A DNA stretch of 63,162 bases, filler included, from Lenisia limosa (Eukaryota > Protista > Breviatea): assembly GCA_001655205.1 (NCBI GenBank). It is 14 parts of 14 records of this genome, joined end to end, with 100 filler letters (N's around TTAATTAATTAA, not from the genome) between each part and the next. Parts side by side here need not be neighbours in the genome. Positions count along the whole stretch, not along the records: positions 8,242 to 19,904 come from LPNZ01006179.1; positions 20,005 to 22,089 come from LPNZ01005863.1; positions 22,190 to 26,127 come from LPNZ01005797.1; 11 more parts are not named here. One strand, given 5' to 3'. The notes beneath the pieces are model-generated. The model was given only the letters and a program-made list of their open reading frames with translations, was not told the origin of the DNA and made no database searches. Positions 12,440 to 22,252 of this stretch are shown one piece after another; positions within the stretch are counted from its first letter, which is position 1, and every line of letters starts with the position of its first letter. The translations under genes and the position numbers were made by a program.

Positions 12440-13759
12440 AATATGTGATTTTCCGCCCTGGTCCAAATAAGATTACAGAGGAGACCGCCTCCACTGCCAC
12501 CATACGGAATAGTCTCCTTCTCCATTGTACAGTGTTCGGGTAGTTCGGGGGGAGAGGCGTCGATTCTTTCCCGTAAGTAAGGTACAAGAAATGCGGCAAA
12601 TACATATATGGTACCAAAAAGTGTGAATTAATCGATAACACCTCGATATTTTATCCGGTCCAGATAGGCGCATTCAAAAGGTCCAGACGCTGATGAAATA
12701 GAATAGCAATGACCCCCCCCCCCCTAACNNNNNNNNNNNNNNNNNNNNNNNNNNNNNNNNNNNNNNNNNNNNNNNNNNNNNNNNNNNNNNNNNNNNNNNN
12801 NNNNNNNNNNNNTGGAAACTCTCCAGAAAGAAATGTCCATAACGCCTATGGTGAAGGATAAAAGGGTTGTTGAATTTTGAAGGGAAACAGAGACAAATGT
12901 TAGGTACTTCATTTCTATACCTCGCAATAAAGCAGTCCCCACCTCAGAATAAAGCAACACAACAGCCCTCTGTTCTTTGACAGATCTCTCATGATGTAAG
13001 CTCAGACTCTCGCGGCGGCCTAAGACCAGCATTGGCTGTTTGATAAGGCCTAGGGGTTCGAGGGAAGAGGGGTCGCGGGCCGACTGGAGGTGTTTGTACC
13101 ATTTGTGGCGGTCGACAGCGGTGAGGAGTACATCCGCGTCTTTGATGGGCAGTTGAACCCCTGGAATGTCAGTGTAATTGATATCATCGCAGAGGAAGTA
13201 TATGGCAAACATGGAACACAGCCCTGCACACATTTTACGTGATATGATGTATATATATATATATATATATGATATCATATAATAGCATTTGGTTTGTGTG
13301 TACTCATTCCTCTCAGAAGTTGGGGAAGTTAACGGTGATTGCCAGCATATCAGACTCTCAATTATATATGAAATAACATTCTGTATCTTTCAGAAAACAA
13401 TTGGTAAATAACAACAAAGACATCACAGTAGTTCTGGCTATAATATATGATAACATTCACCACCAACCAGCTCCTCTTAAAAAGAACTGAAAGGTCGACT
13501 CAAAACCCTTCAAGCCAAGTTGGTTCAACAGAGTTGATCTGGGTCGTGAAATCGACAAAGATTGAAAACAGTGATCAACAAATAAAAAGCATAAACACAT
13601 TTGAACATTTTTCTAGGCTTAAACACGAAAGGCCAGGTAATATTACTGAAGATTCACATACAAAGCTTCTCTCGCAGAGGTCTTGAAGGTGATTTCATCA
13701 AGGGTGGTGGAGGCGAACGAGTTGAGCTGGGGCCAGGACACATGAATGGAAACGCTCAT
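12440..13759 (-). CDS. Hypothetical multi-exon gene, possibly the 5' part of the nucleoside hydrolase
   Basis: ATG at 13759 (MSVSIHVSWPQLNSFASTTLDEITFKTSAREAL). Further open segments GVQLPIKDADVLLTAVDRHKWYKHLQ and GPFECAYLDRIKYRG|ESTPL. Confidence 0.35.
13252..13271. repeat. (TA)n microsatellite
   Basis: atatatatat… run in intronic DNA. Confidence 0.9.
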
Positions 13760-14671
13760 TTACACTCGTCTGCCCCAGGGAAGGGAGCAGAGCAGTGTTG
13801 AGGCGTGAGTAATGAGCCAAATTGCAACAGCAACCACGAGTTTAATGCAGAACTTTTGCTTTTTAGTATTGATTTATGTGTTTGACAATAAAAACAGTAA
13901 TAGACAGTTCAAAAACAGGCCTAGAAAAGATGTGCCGGAAACTAGCTTGAAAACTAATACGCTACGCTGCTCCTTAGTTAGTAGTGCTGCTGCAATTAAT
14001 CTGTTAATAACACAATACCCTCAAATGCGCTTTAATTTTTCAATTTTCTACTAAATATTTAAATAGGCATTTATTCTGGGGAAGTGATCTACCCATAATG
14101 TGGGAACATTGGGGGGGGAGCTTGGTTGCAACTGTTGTGCAACTGCTTCTGCTGCTTGACACCTTGGCAACTGGCAATGGCAGAGCAGGGGCTTCCTCTC
14201 CTGGAATATTGTACTTGACAAAAGTGGTGGAGTGTGGAATTTTTGGAGATGGGGTGTTGATCAAGTGTCGGTTGATTCCAACAAATCAGTTAATAAAGAA
14301 TTGACAAAAAATGGGACCTCAGGGGGCAATAGACAAATGTAGAGATGTAGAGTGAATTATATGATATTATATAGGTGGGTTTCGTGCAAGTTTCATGGTG
14401 AAGTCTGGAAATTGTGGTTATTTTAGTGGTGAAGTCTAGAGTATGGTGAAGCACAACATTCCAGGAGCGGAGGCCCCTTGTGGCAGAGCATGTTGGAGCA
14501 ATGGCAAAGAAGTCCCACAAACTTGCCACAAACAGATTGCAAACAGACAAAACAGATCTCAGATACGCCTCCCAAATTGCCAATTTGCCAATGCACTTTG
14601 AATTAATGCATTGAAGAACCACATTCTTCAACACAAAGCAATTGGCGGCCACACTCAATAGCCTTGAGAGT

Positions 14672-17600
14672 CTACTCCTTGACAAGCCCGATGTGGGCAT
14701 AGAAGGCCTCTTCCTCTGGCTCTCTGCCCAGGAACTGCTTCAAAAGCTCTTCCGGCTCCTCAGCATCTGAAAGAATGACGACGATCCAGTTTTTTTGAGG
14801 AAGCCCTATGTATATTGAGTAGCAGCCTACAGCCCTTGAGAAGAATGGTGTTGCGGTAGCGGTCAGCGACCTCCCGCGAGAAGTCGTTCCTATAATCATA
14901 ACAAGATTGTCAAAATAATATTAAATATCATATGATAAACATAGTAGATATGATAGACATAGTATATAGTATGTTGTATGTATAATAAATACTTCATAGT
15001 ATATTATGATAATGACAAAGCGATTTCAGCAAGGCCAAAGGAGAAGCGGCATACTTCTTGAACTCCATGAAAGTTTCGGCCACCTTGACGTCGGACCAAA
15101 TGTAGGAGTAGTACAGCGCATCGTATCTGAAGGTCATTTTGTGCTTTAATAAAGTGTTTTGTGAACACTCACCACAGAATCAGTGAAATATTTGGAATGA
15201 ATCAGTTCTCCTCTCACCCGCAAAGATGTCCGAAAGACTGGTAAGCCCGGCCCTCGGGGAGGTTCGGAATCTTGGTCAGCTTCTCCTTGAGAGAGATCCA
15301 CAGGGCTTCAATATCCTCAACCTCCTCCACTCCATGCACTATCTGGTCGAACATGCCTTGGCTGTTATCAACACAAAGTAGGAGTATCACACAAACCATA
15401 CAATTGCCTGTTGTGAGACATTTGGTGTGGTCGAAGATGTTTCAACCATGCCCCCCCCCCCCTACCATACTGCAGCTGTCTCATGTGGAAGACAGCAGGG
15501 AAGATATGCCGGGCGTCTTGAAGGGACTTGATTTTGTCGTCAGGAAGGGATACTCCAGTCTCGTAGTGGCTTGACAGCTGAGGGNNNNNNNNNNNNNNNN
15601 NNNNNNNNNNNNNNNNNNNNNNNNNNNNNNNNNNNNNNNNNNNNNNNNNNNNNNNNNNNNNNNNNNNNNNNNNNNNNNNNNNNNNNNNNNNNNNNNNNNN
15701 NNNNNNNNNNNNNNNNNNNNNNNNNNNNNNNNNNNNNNNNNNNNNNNNNNNNCCTGTTGGCTGACAACACACAAGGGTTGATAACACCAAAACAAACAAA
15801 AGAAACGACTGTATTAAGTGAAAAAGAGGTATTAATCAAATTAATAAACATAAATACAACAAGTCTTAGATTAGCATGAGTTCAACCCAGGGAAAGAACG
15901 CACCAATTTCATGAACTTGGTCTCATAAGCGAAGTTCTCGAGAGTCATTGACGGAACCTGAGATGTGAAGCCAGTCATCCGCACCACTCCTTTCTCAACC
16001 ACTTTCCCAGAAAATAATGTAATACATAATACACACTCAGCCCATGTCTCACCTCAATAAAGTCCCAGACTTGGCAAATGCCGCTCAAACGAGGGAAGCC
16101 ATTTCTAAGGGGGTCAGTAAAAAGATGGCTATCTTTTTGAGTGTACAGATTTGAGCAATAACACACCTCCTCACTCCGGCACAAAAAGACAAGTGAAAGT
16201 AATTTGTCAAATACAAAAAACATTATATCATACAAATCCGGTATACTTCACTCAGCCATATTGCTTACTCCGTCATTGAAAGGTGGATAAGATGACCAAA
16301 CTCGTGCAGGAAGGTCACAACGTCATCGAAGGTCATGAGAGCTGGTGTCTGGGGGGTGGATTTCGGGAAGTTGCAGATCTACAAGGTGTGTAACAATCTG
16401 CGAGAAATCCAGCTTCAATTGGGGTCCAGAGAAAACAGCCCTCAAACCATGGTATGGCAGTTTTCTTGCTTGTAGCCTGCAACGTCAGCCTTCATTTGCC
16501 CGGGGCTGTTACAGGCTATTGGGTGAGACGTTGTGGGTTTGAGCAATACTAGGGCTAATTGCTAGCTGCAACAGGTTGATGTAAAATCGTGATTTATGTA
16601 ATTAAAGACACACCTGAAACAGTTCAAACAAAGCCCATTTAACGGTGGAAGGGGGGCACCTACCGTGCGAGTATTTGTTGTCACGAGGGAAAAGGTCCAA
16701 GTAGAACGAGAACAGGAAGTTGTCGCTCTGAGGGTGAAGAGGGAGAGTGATGTGCTATATCAGGAATGTTCACATGTTCAAAGACAAATTGGCGCGTGAG
16801 AGACCCCCCCCCCCCCATACCTTCTCATCAAATGCGGCATAGTACTCCACGTCTTTATGCCACACGTCTGCGTCCTGGGAGGGGGGGGTAATTTGGAAGT
16901 GCTGTACGAACGTTTCTCATTGAAAAATAAGTACTGCAGTCAAGGAGGAGCAGAGAGGACATACCTCAACTCTGGAGAATTTGAGGCCGAAAGTTTCCTG
17001 AAGCATTTCGAACGTGGAATTGATAACGTGGGTGGTGGGGAAGTATTGCTTGATCTCGTCAATATTGATCTACTGGGTCAGAATGGCTTAAAAATGCTGG
17101 TTTCTTTGAATATTATTCATGATGATTTAAATGCACCACCGTTAGAAGGGTGCAATCACAAAAGACAATACTCAATATTGTGTGGGAACAACCGATGATA
17201 AACACCCCCACAAATTTCTTATGCCATCCCCTACATTGTGCTCTCTCATTTTGTACTGGTCGGTCAAGAAGGCCAGATCATGAGCCTCAACTTTACGTGT
17301 TCCGTCAAACTCCTCCTTCAGATCAGAGAAGGTCTTCAGCTCACTCTCAACTGCAGGTGTGAGAAGAAAGAAGTTAATGAGAGGCAATCAGCATCACGCT
17401 GAAATCCCACCCCTTACGGTATGGTTCAAGTCGGGCGATAATGCGCTTATAAAGTGCATCTACGTTTTCCTAATAGGGTCATCATTGTAAAATGTGAATT
17501 ACAGACATATCATATAATATAGCAAAATGAAATAAAAAAATAAGGTTGTATCTGGCACGCTTACAAGAGATATTGGGTAAGAGAATCATATTTATTCACC

Positions 17601-19857
17601 CAATCACTGCCTGAACTCTGTGCACACAGTTTTCTGCGTGCCTTCTCATTATACTGAAATACAGACATAGGTGACCATTTACCCCTCCAACGGGGTTCTT
17701 GGACATTTTGTCATGAAGGTTGCGGTAGCCGTGGCTCTTGTAGCCCATTTTGGCGGCAATTTGACGACGCAGAACCTGAACACGTGTAAGGGGCGGGGGG
17801 GGGNNNNNNNNNNNNNNNNNNNNNNNNNNNNNNNNNNNNNNNNNNNNNNNNNNNNNNNNNNNNNNNNNNNNNNNNNNNNNNNNNNNNNNNNNNNNTCTTT
17901 CAGAGAGTGCAAAAACACTCAAATTGATTGACATTCCTTTGTTAACCATCAACAAAATAAACCGCCCACAAGGATCTTTTTGAGTAGGTCATGGTTAGAG
18001 GGAGCGGACTGTTCCTTTGCCTTCAGCTAAAAGGTTAAGAACAATAGCGGGTAAAAATAAGATGGGTATGAGTACAAATTAAATCACGCAAAACAAAGTG
18101 AAAGTGATGGTGACATAGACACCATCCAACGTTATACACTCACCATTGTGAACCGAGTGGACGGCACTGTACATTTGCGGACAACCGGAAGGAGGTCGGG
18201 GTATTTGATGGTGAGCGTGTATCTGGATGGTGAACGAGGATAGACGCTGGATATAATTTGTTGATTTGATGCAGTTGTAGATTGCGTGGGTTCCTTTGCT
18301 CAGTTTTGCTGATATTCCCGCTTGAAATTGCGGATTACCCCCCCCCCCCCNNNNNNNNNNNNNNNNNNNNNNNNNNNNNNNNNNNNNNNNNNNNNNNNNN
18401 NNNNNNNNNNNNNNNNNNNNNNNNNNNNNNNNNNNNNNNNNNNNNNNNNNNNNNNNNNNNNNNNNNNNNNNNNNNNTGTCATCACCCAGGGTTTTATCTT
18501 CGAAGAACGAGTCAGGAAGGCCACTTAGTTCTTCTTTCGTAAACTTAACTACAAGGTCACTTAGTTCTTATTTCGTGAACTTAACTACAAGGTCACACAT
18601 GCATGTGACTATTCCGCAAAAAGAGTTGTATGGTGTGTGTGTGGGGGGTTAAAGGCATATGTGATAGCACTTATGCCAATCCTCGATAAAAGCGATATCT
18701 TCAGCCCACCGGTGGTTTCGTCCTCATTAATGGCCTGGCTGAATGCAATCGACATTTTACTGAGATCTGAGAAGTAAATCAGTTGAACGTCAACATCTCA
18801 TAAACAATGTCATTGATACTGATAGTAAACATGTCAGTCAATCCACCCCACCCCCCCCGCACCCTTTTTCATGGCCTTAAGCTCCTCCTGCACTTCCTCG
18901 GGAAGGTTCAGACCCTCGTCCTCAAAGTCCCTCACAGTCAATTCTGTGGTCCTAGGGGNNNNNNNNNNNNNNNNNNNNNNNNNNNNNNNNNNNNNNNNNN
19001 NNNNNNNNNNNNNNNNNNNNNNNNNNNNNNNNNNNNNNNNNNNNNNNNNNNNNNNNNNNNNNNNNATCACGAACCAAATAATCTGAAACTCCAAACAAAA
19101 AACAAAAAACAAGCAATAACAAACACGAGCAACCAACACTAAAACTAGACAAAAGCCAGATGACAAAAACACAAAAACAAAAACAAGCCCAGAGCCAGCC
19201 TTTGAAGAGTCCCACCACCGCTCGATCACCCAAACGAACCTGTAAGGCGTTAAAAAAGTAAGGGAAATGTTTAAAAATCCGACTTATTAACGGTCACAAC
19301 CCAATCATAACGCTTAGAGGGGGGGGGGGAGTAAAATTGGAAAATTTATGAAANNNNNNNNNNNNNNNNNNNNNNNNNNNNNNNNNNNNNNNNNNNNNNN
19401 NNNNNNNNNNNNNNNNNNNNNNNNNNNNNNNNNNNNNNNNNNNNNNNNNNNNNNNNNNNCAGCATCGCATCCCATCACTCCAGCGTAGAGGGGGGAGTAA
19501 AATTGGAAAATTTATGAAACAAAAAAGCCCAAAAGTAAAACGAAGGAAATATCGATGAAGAATATTGGCGTAAAGGTACTAATCACGAACCGAATAATCT
19601 GAAACTCCAACCAAACAAAAAAAAAACGAGAAACAACAAAAACGAGTACCAACGCTAAAACCAGACAAAATCCAGATGACAAAAACACGAAAACAAAAAC
19701 AAGCCCGAGCCTGGGGGCCTAGTATGAAGATCAAGTGCGGTCATCCAGGGTCCTACCGTTGTTCGAGAGGAGACAAGCATTTGAAGCCGTCGGAGTTGCA
19801 GAGGGCCTTAACCTGTTTGTAGATTGAGGCGTCCATCGACCACTCCACACTGTATTC
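14672..19857 (-). CDS. M3A family oligopeptidase (thimet oligopeptidase/neurolysin-like), 5'-truncated by contig end
   Basis: About 18 exons, including YTLTIKYPDLLPVVRKC, FYLDLFPRDNKYSH, TFLHEFGHLIH (HEXXH at 16306-16292), WDFIE|VPSMTLENF, FGHLCG|YDALYYSYIWS, and QFLGREPEEEAFYAHIGLVKE* (TAG at 14674-14672). Confidence 0.93.
15753..15800 (-). repeat. R3 element, internal part
   Basis: ctgttggctgacaacacacaagggttgataaca on +. Sense to the M3A gene; followed by a gap and then the acceptor ccctcag at ~15584. Confidence 0.7.
17521..17640 (-). repeat. R4 element
   Basis: Reverse copy of gtgcacagagtt…gattgggtgaat…cagatacaaccttatttt, in an M3A intron. Confidence 0.7.
18522..18593. repeat. 36-bp tandem duplication across a 3' splice site
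   Basis: cacttagttcttctttcgtaaacttaactacaaggt and cacttagttcttatttcgtgaacttaactacaaggt (34/36 identical). Confidence 0.9.
19066..19710 (-). repeat. Tandem R2/R3 array filling most of one M3A intron (19756-18952)
   Basis: R2 at 19066-19190 and 19490-19710; R3 3' end at 19320-19353; R3 5' end (ctggagtgatggg) at 19460-19483. Confidence 0.8.
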
Positions 19858-19904
19858 CTGGGGGGAGGGGGGAGTAAAATTGGAAAATTTATGAAACAAA
19901 AAAG
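19858..19904 (-). repeat. R3 3' module forming the M3A acceptor
   Basis: ttttttgtttcataaattttccaattttactcccccctcccccccAG|GAATAC (EYSVEW…). Confidence 0.85.
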
Positions 19905-20004
19905 NNNNNNNNNNNNNNNNNNNNNNNNNNNNNNNNNNNNNNNNNNNNTTAATTAATTAANNNNNNNNNNNNNNNNNNNNNNNNNNNNNNNNNNNNNNNN
20001 NNNN
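19905..20004. other. Artificial contig spacer 3
   Basis: 44 N + TTAATTAATTAA + 44 N. Confidence 0.97.
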
Positions 20005-20074
20005 TCCCAGGCTTTTATCTCACGCAATATCGCGAGTGTCTAGGTGGGAGAGGGGGGTTCAGTATAATTATCCC

Positions 20075-20225
20075 GCAGAAATTTGTGTGCACAGAGTTGT
20101 AAGGCAAATGATTGGGTGAATTAATGAAATACTATAATCCAGTATCTCTGATAAGCGTGATGGTGTGGACGGCTTTGGCCAGATACAACCTTATTTGTTT
20201 TTTATTTCTCATTGCTATATTCATC
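20075..20225 (+). repeat. R4 element, most complete copy
   Basis: gcagaaatttgtgtgcacagagttgtaaggcaaatgattgggtgaattaat…tatctctgataagcgtgatggtgtggacggctttggccagatacaaccttattt…ctcattgctatattcat. Homologous pieces at 12205, 17521, 20625, 27950, 33810, 39590, 46880, 57655, 62643 and 63105. Confidence 0.8.
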
Positions 20226-20371
20226 TATTGAATTGTATATCATTTTGTATTCATTTCCACCTTTAATCACGGATTAATCCCCAATTTCTTCGCCTTCTGC
20301 ATCAACTGACTCTTACACCTTAGGCTGTTTTTTTTCATTGTAATATGTCCCCATCTCTTTATCTCCCTTAG

Positions 20372-22089
20372 ACTGCAAAGGTTGTTTGGACTGTACCACT
20401 ACTGGATGTTCTGTGTGTCAGGAGGGTTATTATTACGGTGCGACTGAAAAAACCTGCTTTGGTGAGTGGGGGGGGGGGGCAGGNNNNNNNNNNNNNNNNN
20501 NNNNNNNNNNNNNNNNNNNNNNNNNNNNNNNNNNNNNNNNNNNNNNNNNNNNNNNNNNNNNNNNNNNNNNNNNNNNNNNNNNTTCTTTTCAATTTTTGGC
20601 AGTTTTGGTATTCATGTTTCTTGACTAGATACAACTTAATTGTTTATTTCTCATTGCTCTATATTCATGCTTCTGCTTTGAAAGCATTATAACGCCAGTA
20701 TTCCTTATCAGAGTATTTTACTTCCTTCACCCCCACCCCCTCCCTCTCACACANNNNNNNNNNTTTTTTTTTGTTCAATGAATTCACAAAATTTTACACG
20801 TTTATTCAATTTCCTTGGAATTATTACCCCCTCCCCCTTCAGTCTGCAAAAAGGGCTGCCAGAAATGCACGGCCTTTGGCACCACCTCATCCGAGTGCCA
20901 GAAATGTGACAATGATTACGTCAGAACTATTGCCGGCGATTGCGTCCCTCTTTCTGGTATGTTGTTTGCCTCTTTTGGCTGGGTTGCTGGCCTCTTTTGG
21001 CTGTGTTGTTGGCCTCTTTTCGCTGTGTTGTCACATCACTCCCCTCCCACGCCCTTTTTTTTAAAACATTCACACCTTCCTTACCCCCCCCCCCAGGAAC
21101 CGACCCCTGCGGCGATCCTAGCTCCTTCAAGCCTGCGTGGACGCAAGATTTAGGCAGTTATTGCGTGGCGTGCTCAGGGGCNNNNNNNNNNNNNNNNNNN
21201 NNNNNNNNNNNNNNNNNNNNNNNNNNNNNNNNNNNNNNNNNNNNNNNNNNNNNNNNNNNNNNNNNNNNNNGTGTTATTCAATAACTAACTAAATTGTACC
21301 TTACAATAAGAGTCTTTGTCCTGATTTTTTTATGTTTTTTAGAATGCACGGACATTAGTTGCCACATTTGTTCAGCAGCAGCACCTGCAGTTTGTCTTGC
21401 TTGTAGCCCGGGCTCTGTGCTTACTGGTTCCATTTGCGGTATGATTGGGGATGATTTTGTTAATGTTGTCGAGTTTTTTTATCGTGATAGTGATGATGTG
21501 TTAAAGATTATATTGATGATGATAATGTTAAAGCTGATGATGATGATGATAGTGTTATATATGATGATGATAGGGGTATGCTATGATATTTAGTATCGAA
21601 TGATGGAGAATCTGAATAAGGATGATATTTATCAAGTTTTCATAAAAAAAAACAGTTCAAAGCACCAGTTGTAAATCATATGTTTGAGATAAAAACACTT
21701 TGCCCTATTTCAGAGTCTCTTCATCTCATTTTCCAGTCTCTTCAACATCTCGTGACTCGTTTATTGGACTATACTCGCAAACTGCTGAATTGGTTGGGCT
21801 TAATTGAACCAATCATAATCACAACAAATAGTAATAATAATAACAATATAATTTACAATAATAATAAACGCGAAATCAGGGATAAGACTCACACTCAGAA
21901 ACAAACGTTCGACGGAAATGGCAGCACTGTGGCTCCTTATAGTCCCTACGCAGCTCTTCCCGAAGTGGAGTATGGCAGCGGTAGGGAGGGGGACTTTGTA
22001 GTTGTTTTGACTCCTCATCTACCACATAATATGTTTTTTACTGTTTTACCAATCCTAGACGGTTTCTGTTACCCCGCTATCCTCCTTCC
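20372..22089 (+). CDS. Furin-like CXXC-rich surface protein (partial)
   Basis: Exons DCKGCLDCTTTGCSVCQEGYYYG; VCKKGCQKC..ECQKCDNDYVRTIAGDCVP; DPCGDP..YCVACSG; ECTDISCHICS..VCLACSPG. Confidence 0.8.
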
Positions 22090-22189
22090 NNNNNNNNNNN
22101 NNNNNNNNNNNNNNNNNNNNNNNNNNNNNNNNNTTAATTAATTAANNNNNNNNNNNNNNNNNNNNNNNNNNNNNNNNNNNNNNNNNNNN
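22090..22189. other. Artificial contig spacer 4
   Basis: 44 N + TTAATTAATTAA + 44 N. Confidence 0.97.
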
Positions 22190-22252
22190 ACGGGGAGTGC
22201 AACTTACAGAATAGTACAACACATCTTAATACACAGTATATACAACATCAAT

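Noticed and set aside
14290-14700. 136-aa minus-strand ORF overlapping the M3A stop
   Set aside because: It has no recognisable motif or splice support and probably lies in the 3' UTR or intergenic DNA.
19200-19250. Apparent exon VRLGDRAVVGLFK inside the M3A gene
   Set aside because: The flanking exons already join in phase and match the M3A alignment without it, so it is treated as intronic.
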